Of a stretch of 64,000 bases of DNA, positions 1 through 13,340 are shown piece by piece; position 1 is the stretch's first letter; every line of letters starts with the position of its first letter. The translations under genes and the position numbers were made by a program. Source of the DNA: Squalus acanthias (taxonomy: Eukaryota); the NCBI GenBank assembly GCA_030390025.1, contig CM059425.1:68882001-68946000 (forward strand), read 5' to 3'. The notes under the pieces are model-generated. The model saw only the letters and a list, made by a program, of their open reading frames with translations. It did not search any database and was not told where the DNA came from.

Positions 1-1900
1 TAGGCCAATCGGCCCCTCAAGCCTGCTCCACCATTCAATAAGATCATGGTTGATCCAATCTTGGCCTCAACACCACTTTCCCGCTCCCTCCTCATACCCC
101 TTGACTCCCTTGTAGTTCAAATATCTGTCAATCTCCGCCTTGAATATATTCAATGACTCCGCCTCCACAGCTGTCTGGGGTAGAGAATTCCAAAGATTCA
201 CGACCCTCTGAGAGAAGAAATTCCTCCTCATCTCTATCTTAAATGGGCGACCCCTTATTCTGAAACTATGCCCCCTAGTTATAGATACCCCCACGAGGGT
301 AAACATCCTCTCAGCATCCACCCTGTCAATCCCCCTCAGAATCTTATATGTTTCAATAAGAGCCCCTCTCATTCTTCTAAACTCTAATGAGTATAGGCAC
401 AACCTGCTCAACCTTTCATCATACGTCAACCCCTTCATCCCAGGAATCAACCTAGTGAATCTTCTCTGCACTGCCTCCAATGCAAGTATATCCTTCCTTA
501 AATATGGAGACCAAAACTGTACGCAGTACTCCAGGTGTGGTCTCACCAGCGCCCTGTAAAGTTGCATCAAAACTTCCCTACTTTTATACTCCATACCCCT
601 TGCAATAAAGGCCAACATTCCATTAGCCTTCCTAATTACTTGCTGTACCTGCATGCTAACCTTTTGTGTTTCATGTACTAGGACCCCCAGATCCCTTTGT
701 ACCGCAGCATTTTGTAGTCTCACTCCATTTAAATAATAATTTGCTTTTTCATTCTTCCTTCCAAAGTGGATAACCTCACAATTTCCCACATTATACTCCA
801 TCTGCCAATTTTTTGCCCACTCACTTAACCTATCTATATCCCTTGGCAGACTCTTTGGGCTGGATTTTCCAAGCCCCGAGGAGGCGAGTATGGAGGCGGG
901 ACATCCGGTAAAATCAGAGAAAGTGGGGACGGATGGCAAACCCGCCCCCATCCCGCCTCAGTGCCCTTTTGCCAGGAGGCGGGAAGATGTGCAGCTTCGG
1001 GTCCCGTCTCCTGGAGGCGGGAAAGGCATTTAATCCTTTTAACTGCCTGTTAACAGGTAGTTAACAGGCAAAAAAGGATTAGTGCCATTTTACCTTCACA
1101 GGTGAAGGCTTCCCGACCTCAGAAAACCCCTGCCGGGTTGGAGGAGACGTGGAGGAGGTCTGCGCTGGTCGGAGGCACCTGGAAGTAAGGTGTAGAGGTG
1201 AGTGATGGGTGCAAGTCTGGAGTGGTAAGTATGTAAGGTGAGTGATAAGTTTAAAAAAGTGTGCACTTACCTTGTTTTTTTTCTAAAGCCTTTAGCTGGA
1301 TGGTGAGAGCCGATATTCTCCTCGTCAATTTCACATAATGGCTGTTGGATCCTCCAATCTTACAGACATGTGAAATTTACAAAGTAGGAAGGTTTGATGA
1401 GTCCTCACCACAAAGGCTCATCAAACTAAAGAGAATGGCAGTGTTTGACAGCTTCACAGAGCTGTCAAACGCTATCATTTCTTCTTTCAAGAAGTCTTGA
1501 CAGATAGCATGTCTGACGTTGATGTGATCTATCAGTGACTTCCTCCCTAATTGGCCTGCTGAGCCCGCAGGGCGGGCTTAACAAGCGCAATCAGGGGGAA
1601 ATCCCTCTGATTGGTCAGGCGAGGATGGAGGCAGGATATTGACACGACAAGCAGCAGTCCCACCTCCAACTCACCTCCATTCACAAAATCCAGCCCTTTG
1701 TGTCCTCCTCACAACTTGCTAACTTACCTATCTTTGTATCATCAGTAAATTTGGCTACAGTACACTCGGTCCCTTCATCCAAGTCATTAATATAGATTGT
1801 AAATAGTTGAGCCCCCAGCACTGATCCCTGTGGTACCTCACTAGTTATTGATTGCCAACTGGAAAATGATCCATTTATCCTGACTCTCTATTTTCTGTTA
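1..1900 (-). mobile_element. CR1 LINE 3' portion (RT C-terminus and tail), split by a MITE at 857-1696
   Basis: ORF 67..951 has CR1 ORF2 motifs (WQMEYNVGNCEVIHFG, LVRPHLEYCVQFWSP, RRNFFSQRVVNLWNSLP). CR1 sequence resumes at 1697 (FADDTK-type region). Confidence 0.93.
857..1696. mobile_element. Harbinger-type MITE (840 bp)
   Basis: Perfect 12-bp TIRs GGGCTGGATTTT/AAAATCCAGCCC and TSD TTT (854-856, 1697-1699). Removing it restores the CR1 frame (CEEDTKSL). Confidence 0.9.
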
Positions 1901-2179
1901 GTGCCTGTCATTGCCCACAATCCTCAGTTATAGTTGCTGTAGTTAAAGTGCATCTCCCCTTTAAGAGGTGCAGGCTGCTTTCAAATGGCATCAGCAAAGC
2001 ACAATATTGGCCCCCACCCCACTTCATCCATTAGGTGAGCCACCAATGAACATGCAGCCTATTTTATTTAATCGGGTTGAGCAATTTGGGGACTGAGTTG
2101 TGTCCATGTGATAGGGTGCACACTTCGAGTGCGGTGCCCATTCGGCACCATAAAACAGACTTAAACCAATTTCTACCCC
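1900..2179. mobile_element. Harbinger terminal fragment (Myb-gene end)
   Basis: CCCCTTTAAGAGGTGCAGGCTGC...AATTTCTACCCC resembles the 13400-13617 terminus. Confidence 0.5.
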
Positions 2180-4283
2180 GAAGTGTTTCCTATGGTAGTA
2201 TATTTTGAATATTAATGTGTTGCAACTTATGATGCAATTTGAGAAAATCCATTAATTTACTCTTTATTAGAAAAATAAATGATGCAAAAAGGCAGATTTT
2301 CCTGCCTGCAGACTGCTCCGGCAGTGGACAGGAGCAGCACACTTGAAGTGAAAGACGCAATAAGATGCTGTATAAATACAAGACTTTTTACCTTTGCATT
2401 AGTCACAGTGTTGAGGAGGGGGGAAACTTTTCACAAATATTTGCACAGATTTTATAACTATAAAATATCATATTTGAAAGCGATGCAGTCGGTGACACAA
2501 TTTGAGGGTTCAGATAATGTTTATAACCGGCTTAAGCTTTGTTTTTATGGTTTTTGTCATTTGATTTCCATGATTTCTACCTGCAGTATTTCTAACTGCA
2601 GCTTTTACTTTGACAGTTGCAGGAATAGGCTGCCATTACCAGCTATAATAGATTTGATACCAGGTGAGCACATCGTTGTGGGAATAATGGTCGCTTCAGG
2701 GCTGTGAGCTGTGCTTGTTAGTGATGAACAGTGCTCAGCACTGGAATGCTGAGAGACTTCTTTAATCTTTGTGAGCAAAGAAAATGTTGAACTTCCAACT
2801 ATGGATACAAGATACTGTCAACTGCCTTTCGAACTCTCTCTTAACTTTTGTGAGGTATGTAGACCTCTCTGCTATTTCTTTCTTAATTGTTTTCTTAATT
2901 CAACTGCCCCAGGCTCCTTTTTTCTTTTCAGTAGCTACCCTCTGAGCCAGGCTATTAATTTTGACTCCTGTCATAGACCGCAACATATTTTTCAGCCAGA
3001 TATGCTGACTGGCCTGTCTCATCTGCCTTTTTTATCTTTTGATTTGTGCCTTTTTTTTTCCACCTGTGGCCTTGTTTCCTGTTATTTTTCAAATCTTTGG
3101 CACTCTTTGGCCCACTTTCCACATAATGCCTCCTGTGTTTGCCCTCAGCCTGTTTGTGCCCTCCATGCAGCCAAAAATGTCTCTGAATCTTTAATAACAC
3201 AATTGGGCAGGAGCCACTGGCCACAAATAAATCTCCAGTGTTTTTCACAGTGGATCCAGTCTGCAAGTGAGATTGAAACCAACCAAGCCAAGCAATACAC
3301 TGATTGATGTTGGAAATGGGAGGAAATAGGTAATATTGTTTTTCTGTTTCCTTTAAAATACACAGACAAATCTTCAACCGAGTACGTCGCAGATTGTTAC
3401 GACATGGGTTTGTGTCTGTAATGTTCCACAGTGAGTAATAAAACTCAGCCATGGCAATGTGGCTGGGGCACCAAGCACAGGTCCCCAGGGAGGGATGAAA
3501 CTAGAATTCCAGTCATCACTTGGCTACATTGGGGAAACCTGTGAACAGATTGGTCCTTTTCTCGAAGGTTAACGATGCAGTGAAACTCCAGAAGAGGACA
3601 AAGCTGCAATCCGTTTGCAAAATACTTACCATGCACAAGTACGTAGTAGACATTTATATATTTTCTAGCTGAAATCCCATTTAATTTCTACACGTTTCAA
3701 ACCCCTTTGTTGTCTGCTTGAGAGTTGGTAGTAAATTCATTTGTAGCAGGTTTTCAAGGTTGTCCAGGTTGATATTTTGGCAGCAATTCTGGGTTTTTGA
3801 CAGTTAGTTTTAAAGTTGTAAGTTTGTTCCTGCATTTTATTTGGCAAAGGCTGTGCTTTTTTTTCCATTTGAAGATCCTTATCCTTTAAGCCTAGAAATG
3901 TCAGTGTAAAGAATTACACCACTGGTAGGGTCCATAAATCTTAGAGAAGCAACTGCTTTATTCATGCCTACTCATTCCTGCTGCTGCGCCCTCTCTATGT
4001 CTACGGATCTGAATGGGAGCAGAACTCTAAGCAGCAATGAGGGCTTCAAAGCCTTGCATAATGGCGCTCTCCATCCAATCCCCCAACATGTTGAAACCAG
4101 GCAACACAACTTCTTGGAGATTGTACCCTGAGCCTCTATAGGAGTAGTGTGAGCATTCACATGAGATACTCCCACTGGGATTAGGACTTCTGGCGTTGGG
4201 GCCTTCGCTATAGGTGATCTTGGAGTTGCCAATCACTCCATGTAATTTTGTTAAGCAGCCATGCATGACTGGCCAGATTCAGG

Positions 4284-4505
4284 TAGAGCAGGGGAGTTCT
4301 GGCCAATATTTATCCCTCAACCAAACATCACTAAAAACAGATTATCTGGCTATTGCCGTTTGTGAGATTTTGCTGTGCACAAATTGGCTGCCGCGTTTCC
4401 TACATTAAAACAGTGACTACACTTCAAATGTACTTCATTGGCTGTAAAGCACTTTGGAACATCCTGTTGTCATGAAAGGTGCTATATAGCTGCTAGTCTT
4501 TGTTT
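4284..4505 (+). mobile_element. Deu-domain SINE (SacSINE1-like) 3' half
   Basis: Aligns by eye to the 3' half of the copy at 34005-34450. Confidence 0.75.
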
Positions 4506-4774
4506 ATTTATTTTTCTTTCAGTCATCACCAGAACTTGTAGGGCCCTTGGCCCACCCTCTAATGACTAGTGAAAACAACGGTGATCAGATAGCATCCTTA
4601 TTTTAAATGTAGGCCCAATGAGGTCTGGATCGCAGGGCACTGCGGCCTCAGTCAGCAGGTTCATGCTCCACCTGTGCCTCCAGTGGCTATTTTTGCTGGT
4701 TTGTGTTCTGTGTTTCACCTGTTGTATCCACCTCAAACAGGCTATCCAGATCCCCGGGATGGAATATACTTTTG

Positions 4775-4893
4775 CTTTTGGGGAATCAAGGGATATGGGG
4801 ATCGGGTGGGAAAGTGGAGTTGAGGTCTATTGAGTGGCAGAGCAGGCTCAAAGGGCCATACGGCCTATTGCTGCTCCTAATTCTTATGTTCTT
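4775..4893 (+). mobile_element. CR1 3' tail fragment
   Basis: GGGGAATCAAGGGATATGGG...GGCCTA..CTCCTAATTCTTATGTTCTT matches the tail at 28260-28400. Confidence 0.75.
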
Positions 4894-5989
4894 TTGCTTG
4901 CTACAGGTGAATTGAATAATGTTGAGTGCTGTGAGGGGCTGGCGTTGTGGGTACTACTCAGGCTTGGGGACTTATTCTTTGAGGACATGTATAGAAACAG
5001 AAAAACAGATGTTGAAATAGTGGCTGTAAAGCGCCTCCAAAACAGAGTTTGCAGAGCAAATAATATGAGCTCTGGTGGTTTCCTTTAACGTATGCAGGTG
5101 TGTGTATGTGTGGTGGAAAATTATCCAAAAATCTCCAAATTATTCCAAAAGGAACATCCATTTGCTCATGTTGACAAAGTTAAGCTGCTACTGTCTAAAT
5201 ACTGGAATGTGATTAACTGCAGACTGGGATTCATATCCTGACTATGGTTGCTTGATGTTCATGTCCTCCCAAATTAGCAGGGAAACTGTATTTTTTTCTG
5301 GTGCACTGTCAGCCCTGTTTTATGTTAATCTGATGACTGCTGGCAGTCCTGGATAATGAAATGTTGTTGCAGTACAAAATTTATCTGATGACAGTACTAT
5401 ACTGTATATCATCTGGAAAGCATGAAGCACACTTTACATTTGGTCTTATACCCCAGTTGAACAACAGTGGTGATGCATGCTTACTGAGAATCTTACAGAT
5501 TGCCAAAGCTCAAATGACTGATGCGTACAGATATTGCATGAACTCCACCCTGCTCTCCAGGGCATCATGTGTTCTTAATGGTTGTTCTGTTACACTGAAA
5601 CATTTCAATCCCGGATCTGCATGAAAATCACATTATCTTCAAATTAAATATTCTATTTTGAACAATAATTAGGAAAGTTAAAATATTCAAGTGGTTTGTC
5701 TCAATGGCTTAACGAGATTTTTTTGAGATAACATTGTTATTTGTTATCACTTTGTTTATATGTTCATTTATAAGTTTTTCACAGATCAAGACCCAAACTT
5801 GATCGTTTTTTTAAGTTGATAGTCTCAAAAAATGGGCACAATTTTCCCACTGTTAACAGTAGAATAGAGTTTCCAGCCTCTGGGATTGTTTGCAACTGCT
5901 TGGAATAGGCTCATGAGGGCTGAGAAATCGGGTGGAAATCCATATCAGCAGATGCCCATCTAAATTGTACAGTGCTTAATGTGCAGGCC

Positions 5990-6700
5990 AGCCTGGAGTG
6001 CTCTTGCACATTTTGTACCCTGAACTTTTATGCTTTCGGCTCATTCCAAGCTACTACAGGGGAATCAGCAACACCAGTCAATCTCCAGTGCAAAGAAGCA
6101 TTAAGCAGGTCACTGATGTATTGTCCACCAGGGCAAGTCCTTCATCACTTTCCCCTGAGAAAGCTCGCAGCAACATAAGATGCCATTGCAACTGTTCTAC
6201 ATCAAAATATTATGCAAAGTTCAGGGTGGGGCCCATGTGGCTATCTAGGCCCCTACATCTCCTTGAACTGCAAATGATTTAATTTCATTTATTTCCAGTT
6301 GATTAATGACCTAAACACAAGATTATGTAGGAGAATGCCTGGTTCCCAACCACTGGTCACAGATCCTTAATTTTAAGACTGTGCTTGTTCTATTTGCAAG
6401 AGAAACACGATTGAAAGGATGGCTTCTGTAAGACAAAGGCTATCCTCTTCAGCCCTGGCTCACGACAGCCTTGCAACAGCCAGGAACACTGGCTGAGCAA
6501 AAGTACAAGATGCGTGCAGCCACCAGAATAATTACTGAGTATATTATAGGCATCATGAAGCAACACTTCTGATGCCTGGACAGATCAGGGCTTGCATTAC
6601 CATACAGTCCTTCCAGGTCTCCAGGATTATCGTGGTTTGCTGCATACTGCACAACCATCCAAAGGGGTCCAACCATAAAGCAGGTAGAAGAGGAGGAGGC
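5990..6700 (+). pseudogene. Highly decayed Harbinger transposase remnant
   Basis: Motifs LNFYAFGSFQATTG, SIKQVTDVL, GWLL*DKGYPL and IIGIMKQHF*CLDRSG match the transposase at 47537-48616. Confidence 0.8.
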
Positions 6701-6756
6701 CCAGGCTAACATTCCCTCATTTGTTTGCTAATTTATGCATTTTCACCACAAATTCT

Positions 6757-7371
6757 GGGCCTGAATTTGCGGTCGGAGGCTTCCCGCGGGCAGATGCCTC
6801 CAAACGGTAAAAAATCTACCTGATGGTCCTGGATCCACGGAGACTCGCGCTCCTGGGCCTCTATGCGTAAACCTGCGTAGAGGCCCATGTATCCCGGGGC
6901 GCCTGCTGTTCGCAAGCACCCCATGGATCACGTGGGCCGGCCCAACCAATGAAAGAAGGGGGATCCCCATTCATACTTATGAATCACATAAAAAACACTA
7001 AACAAATTTTTAAAAATTACATATTTAAAATTAATTAAAATACAATATAATTTATATTTTATAATCATTTAAAACAAATTTAATTTTTAAAAAAAACTTT
7101 AAATGTTTTAAAGGGGCTAAAAATAGCCTTACCTTATTTTACAGATGTTTTAATGTTTAAATGATTGAAAAAAAATTATTTTTATATTCATTTAAACTCT
7201 TAAGCTGGTAAAAGCTAGCCTTACCAGGCGTAGGAATTTTACAGGCATTCGCTGGGCAGAATCTCCGCCCGCGGATGCCCTTTTCCCGGGGATGCTTTGC
7301 ACGTGAAAACCCGGAACTTGCGCGGCCCCTATGGGCACATACGCACCTGTAGGGGCCGCAAAATACGGGCC
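6757..7371. mobile_element. Harbinger-type MITE with GC-rich ends and AT-rich core
   Basis: Imperfect TIRs GGGCCTGAATTTGCGG / CCGCAAAATACGGGCC. Same architecture as 21213-21975. TSD not clean. Confidence 0.7.
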
Positions 7372-7489
7372 ATTGTTAAGTTTCAATGCAATGGTCAATT
7401 TTGTTGTAAGTAACCTGTGGTCTCTTTCAAGAGATGGTTTAATAGGGGTATATTTTCCACTTTAACAATCTCAGCATGGAGCTTTACAC

Positions 7490-8190
7490 GGGGTAGAGTT
7501 TCCAGTAGGTTGTGCAGGTATTTCTAGCGCAATTCTCCCAAAATCGGCCAAACCAACACAAAAGATAGAGGAATTTAAGGCGCAAATTACGTCCAGCGCA
7601 AATAGAGTTTCTGCGATCTTTTGTGCTAGTTTGTGGAATACGGCCCCGCCCACAAAACTGGCCATGCCCCCAGATCGAATTAATCACCATGGCGAGTTTC
7701 CGCTAATTGCACCCATTTGCGGGCCTTTGAGAAGGCTCTTAAATTAAGCTGTTTTAGGTGCAAGGACACTAATAAGCACTTTTGAAAAGCTGTTTAAAAA
7801 AAAAAATTTAATTTACTAAAACTGACACCAATGAAACTAGTAAATGGTTCTGTATAGTTTTTTTAAATCATTGAGTTATTTAAAATCAGGTTACTCACAG
7901 GTGATGGACTAGACATTCTGATTAAAAATGCTTATTCACTTTCAGCTACGTTAATTATACTGCACCAGGTTACCACTCTTAAATATGTCAAGGAATAATT
8001 TTTAATTTTTTTTAATTATGTTCTAAAACAGTGCCCGATTGCCCTGGTTCATGGCAGATTTTATATTTAGCAATATGCAAATGAGTTTGAGCGGAAACTT
8101 GGGCAAAAAATTCGATTCAGAAAACTAGTGCAATTTTGAGTGCAATTTGCGCCCGGATTGCCAATTGCGCCCAAAGCGGAACTGTACCCC
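7490..8190. mobile_element. Harbinger-type MITE
   Basis: Termini GGGGTAGAGTT / AACTGTACCCC, subterminal GCGCC repeats and an AT-rich core. Confidence 0.6.
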
Positions 8191-9094
8191 CAGGAATGCA
8201 TAATGAGAATTTGGGTACATGCAAGATTCATGTTCCAATAGATGGAAAATTGTAGGCCTGCAAATAAGACATGCACCCACAAATCAGCCTTGTGCCTGAA
8301 CTCCCAATATATACTCCTGGTGTGTAAGATTTTTGCCAGCAACCCTAAGGACAAAAATTTACACCACATTTTTCTTCAAGTCCAATTCTAGGTATTCTTT
8401 GTGTTCACTAGAAATCTTGTTGAGGTAAACTTTCCTGTTCTTCATTACAAGGCAACAAAGGGTGTTTGGTGTTCATGGAACCATACCCCATAGTGTGGTC
8501 AATGTCTTCAGGAGAGGAGACAAAACAGGAAGGTGGTTAAAAGAATGAATAGGTTAACTATATTGAATGTAATTAGTAGTACAATCACATTCATTCTTCA
8601 TATAAAAATGATTGTCTTTTGAAAGATCTATTATGATAGCCACAATCCCCTTTAAGTTTTTCAATCTTTTGTGTTATGATAACAATTCCCAATTATTTTG
8701 CTTAATTATAGATGTTCATGCTATTTTTTTCTGATGTGGAGATTCTGAAATCTTTCCCATTCTGTCAATGTTGGTTATCTCATAGGAGTATTCAGTGGAT
8801 CTTTGATGCCTTTTCTTGTCCTTTAACATTTTTTTTAAATGTTCTTGCGAGATTTATTCTACTTCATTCAATGTTTTCATTTTTATTGTTAGAATGCTTC
8901 TGTATTTTGTTCATGCACAATTGGACTTGTTTTTTTTTCTTTTTCTTCCAATTTTTAATCTATATTTTACCCCCCACCCCACCCCCCCCCTCCCCTAAAT
9001 TCTGATGTGCTCTTCTTAACTTGAGGTAATGTGTGGGCAACCTACTCTCTGGTTATGCCAATCCTGATCTCATAATGGCTGTTAGAACGTGCAC

Positions 9095-9285
9095 AAATTC
9101 CTTCATCAACAGTGAGTCAAAATCCTGGAATTCTCCACCTAAAAGCACTGTGGGAGTACCTTCGCCTCACAGACTGCAGTGCTTCACATAGAAGGCTCAC
9201 AACCACTTTCTCAAGGGCAACTAAGGATAGACAATAAATGCTGGAATTGCCAGCAATGCTCGTTTCCCAAGAATGAAATTTTTAA
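9095..9285 (+). mobile_element. 3' tail fragment of the CR1-clade LINE family at 37805-40215
   Basis: AAAATCCTGGAATTC...AGCACTGTGGGAGTACCTTC...CAAGGGCAA..AATAAATGCTGG matches 40040-40210. Confidence 0.8.
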
Positions 9286-9889
9286 AAAGTGTGTGGGTAA
9301 CTTACCCTCGAATTTTCCCATTCTGCTTGGGAAATTTTATGGGGGTTAATTTGGGCTGCTTAACGCCTGTATTTTAGCTGCTACATGGGCACTTTAAGTT
9401 TCAAAATGAGGTCCAAGATGTGCACGCACACTTCTGATGGGAAGTGCGCAGGGCGCCATCTTGGTATTGGGGCTTGCGCACGCCCACCTCACAACCGCCG
9501 GCAGCATGCAGAGCAGGCAGATCCTGACACGAATCAGAGTACATCGCCGATTTTAAGCTACCACTGCCATTTTGAAACTCCATGCACCAGCCAATGCTGT
9601 CTTAACCTCGTACAGCTGAACATGACGTTAAATGGCATGAAGGACCACCCCGCCAGTACTATATAAAGGGATTATGAAGTATATATAAGTTAGTTGCTTG
9701 ATTATTTCTTCCAGTTGCTGGTGCAATTGTACACACTTTTGGAGGTTTCCTACACTTGGCTAAAGTTTAAATACTCTACAGGGAATGGTCTGGTGGGTCT
9801 TTCAGTCCTTTTGTGTCATTTAAAATATTGTGGTGAAAGAAGTTGCTTCCACACATGGGTGGTCTGGTAGGTCTTCCTCTGGGAATTGA

Positions 9890-11300
9890 ACATGACTAGG
9901 AGAATGAAGAGCGGCCTCGCAGAGCAGGACAAGCTGCTAGAAGAGGGAGGAGAAGGATGGGGAGAAGGGCACTCAGAAGGTGGCCATATCTGCCGAGGGT
10001 CTTCAGGGAGCAATTCTCTCATCTCAACTTCAGCGAGGACCGGTGCAAGAGACATCTTTGCATCACAGAAGAGGCTGCAACTGTAATCTGTCAACTGCTG
10101 CAGCCACACATGCAACCTCAAAACAGGGCAAGGATAGCATTACCTGTGGCTATCAAGGTGACAGTGACTCCAATTTTTATGGCTCTGGCTCCTTTCAGAC
10201 TTCTGCTGGAAATATAAGCAACATCTTGAAGTTTGCAGTAACTGTTGCATAAGAGAGGTCACTGAGGCTCGCTATACAATGTGGGATATGGTAGCAGCTG
10301 TGGAATTTAAATTCAGTTGATTAAATAAATCTGGAATAAAAAGCTAGTATCAGTAATGGTGACCATGAATGGTGACCATGAAACTACCCATCTGGTTCAC
10401 TAATGTCTTTAGGGAAGGAATTCTGCCAGAAGGAAGTCTGGCCTATATGTGATTCCAGACCCACAGCAATGTAGTTGACTCTTAACTGCTCATCACCTTC
10501 TCGAGGGCAATTAGGGATGGGCAATAAATGCTGGCCTTGCCAGCGATGCCCACATCCCAGGAACGAATTAAAAAAAAAAAACACTTTCATCTCATTCTTT
10601 CTTGCCAGAGACCAGCAGGAGGAACAAGCATGAAGTTTTGCAAGGATTGCAGGCTTCCCCATGGTGCATGGTGCCATTGTTTGCATGCACATTGCTTTGC
10701 ATGCTCCTCATCTGGACTTTGCTATATTCTTCAACAGAAAGGGATTCCACTCCCTCGATGTGAAGCTGGTGTGCGACCACAAGCAGCGCATCATGCAGGT
10801 GAATGTCTGCAATCATGATTCTTTCATTTTGCAGCAGTCCTCTGTTCCATGGGATTTAAACCAGCATAGCAAATCAAAGGCTGGCTATTTGGCGACAAGG
10901 GTTATCCACTCACAACATGGCTTATGACTCTGGTCCTGAATGCAGGCACACGTGCACAGCAGGCCTACACTGAGAGCCCATGCTGCCACAAGGAACATTA
11001 TAGAGCACACCATCAACATCCTCAAGCAACGCTTCCACTGCCTGGACCGCTCTGGAGGAGCCCTGCAGTACTCAGCTGAGCAGGTATCACGATTTGTGGT
11101 AGTATGCTGCATGCTACACAACCTGGCCATTATGAGGGATCAGCCTTTGCCACCACCTATCAGGTGAGAAACTGAGGAGCAGGAGCACAAGGAGGAGGAA
11201 GTTGTGGAGGAGGAAGTGGAAGAGGAAGGGGAGCTACAAAGTAGACTGTCCCCTTCTGCCAGGGCTCTATATGATCAGATTATTCATGAGCGATACCAGT
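9890..11300 (+). pseudogene. Harbinger DDE transposase pseudogene, interrupted by a SINE
   Basis: Fragments YLPRVFREQFSHLNFSE, ALPVAIKVTV, FFNRKGFHSLDVKLVCDH and ATRNIIEHTINILKQRFHCLDRSGG lie in shifting frames. Confidence 0.88.
10288..10581 (+). mobile_element. 5'-truncated SINE with CR1-clade tail and poly(A)
   Basis: Body matches 63030-63285 and the tail matches the LINE end at 40140-40212. Transposase sequence continues on both sides. Confidence 0.8.
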
Positions 11301-11499
11301 AACCTCAACTACACCTCTCCATTCACCAACAGTCCCACACTTCTTACCTTTCCTCTCTCACTGAACATCACATTGTCTTCTTTTGACAACACTTATTGGT
11401 TCCTTGCTCAGTTCACCACAGAAATATAAACCACCACCAAATGCAAATTAAAATCCAAATTTATCTATTCAATCACTAAATAACACATACAAAATGAAA

Positions 11500-13340
11500 C
11501 TAATCACCCTTGTGCCTTCCCTTAGTGTTTGTCTTCTGTGTGCCTTTGTCTGTCCTAGTGCTCCTACGAGTTGCTTTCCCAGTGACTGCAGAATGGGTGG
11601 TGGAAGGCTGCTGAGCTTCAATTGAGGAGACTGCAGATGGCCTTGGAGGGCGACCTCAGCAGCTCTGGGCCTAGAAGGCCCGGCTTCAGACCGCACCACC
11701 TCGGCCTGGGCTGCAGCAGTCTGGGCAGGCTGGCTGGCTGACAGACAACAGCAAGTGCACTAGCGGAGTGACAGGAGTGGGAGCAGGAGAGAGGACAGCA
11801 GGTTCATGCTCCGTGGAGCCACTGCCACTCTCCCGGGGAAGCGCCTCAGCAATCCTATTGATCTGTTGGAGAACAGATTGATGGACTGCTGTGACACCCT
11901 GGAAGCCCCTTTGAACAGTGGCATCCAGAGCCACAATGGCAGCATTCTGAGCTTCCACTGTAGCACTCAGGCCTTTGAGGGAAGCTATTTGTGCTGCAAT
12001 GGAAGCTGTATTATTGGTCATCAGATGCTGCATCATGGTGGGTTCCACAGGTGTGCTCATGGAGGTGACCACCCATTTCATGTTGGAAAGAATGGGCTCC
12101 ATGCTCTGCGCAAAGCTCTGTGCCAATTTGGAAGTGGACTCCTCCATACTTCTTGACATTGTGCAAAGGCTTTTCAATGGACCAAGCATTTGGTTATATA
12201 CGCCCATCAGCCTTGTTCTATAGCCTGGCCATCGAAGTCCTCATCTGATTCCTCTGCAGCAGAATTAGTGTGTGGCCTTGCCCTCCGGTGAGCTTGCACC
12301 TGCACTATTCTTTCCCCTCACCCTGGCTCCTGCATACTTGTGCCCAGTGTCGCACCACTTGCAGATCCCTCCTCTATCCTATTCTCTAAAGTATGCGCAG
12401 TGTCAGTCTCTGAGCTGGTGGCTGTGAGTGTAAGATTGAGTGATGGCGTCTCTTTGCCACTGTCTTCTTCCTCTTCGTCCTCTGACTGTGAAGGTTCTAA
12501 TTCTTGGGTATCTGAAATGAAAAAGGGACAAGGGTTAGGTTGTGGTGAGGAGAGAGGAGAAAGTAAGAAGTGCATGTTTACACCATCTGCAGCTTATGAG
12601 TCAGCAGAGATTGTGGGGTGAGGGAGAAGTGTGAAGAGAGAAGGAGGATTAGGTATGCAGATACTCTCGTCATCGATCCCTCCATTCCCGCCAGTGGTCA
12701 CGGCCTCAGCGATACCCCTTCCCGTGATGGCCAGCACTGTCTCCTCCATGGGGGTTAAAACATCCAGCCACTTGTCCTCCTCCAGTTCTTTCCAGCTGCC
12801 TCCTGTAATGCTCCACCTTCTCCTGCAAAAAAGAGGGAAGTGTGTTAGTGAGTGTCGTGAAATAGTTTGGGCGATGTGGCTGTCTTGGTTGAATAGCTGC
12901 CAGTGTGTGTGAGCCATGAGTTGTGGGTGCGAGACTTGCAACAGTGCTAAGTTTGTGAGGCTGAGGTAAAGTATGTGAATTGAAGGGTTGAGTAATGATT
13001 GATAGAGATTGTTGGTGGGTGAGTGAAGTGGGTGTAGTGAATTGAGCAGTGGATGAGGCTAGTGGTATAGTTGGTAGGATATGCCATTTGATGATTGAAC
13101 TTCCTCACCTTGACAACTTGTGTCAAATCATTAAACGTCTTCCTACACTGCATGCATGTTCTAGGAGCAACACTCCTGGCATTGACCTCCATTGTTACTT
13201 CCTCCCACTGCCTCCTGAGCATATGTCTGCAGGACCTCCTGCCTCCCCGTGGATACAGCATGTCTCCTTCTCTCCACCTCCTACACCAAGGCCTCCAGTG
13301 CATTATCAGAAAAACTTGGTGCACATTCTCTTGCATGTTC
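11500..13340 (-). pseudogene. Harbinger Myb/SANT-like DNA-binding protein pseudogene (3 exons)
   Basis: Exon 1 has RRQWEEVTMEVNARSVAPRTCMQCRKTFNDL with a donor near 13105. Exon 2 has LTPMEETVLAITG. Exon 3 is acidic then helical. Confidence 0.8.

Noticed and set aside
67-951. Novel 294-aa protein
   Set aside because: Chance fusion of MITE sequence to the CR1 RT C-terminus.
4907-5088. Possible terminal exon (CAG|GTGAATTG...)
   Set aside because: The acceptor context derives partly from a CR1 tail, the peptide is unrecognisable and there are no partner exons.
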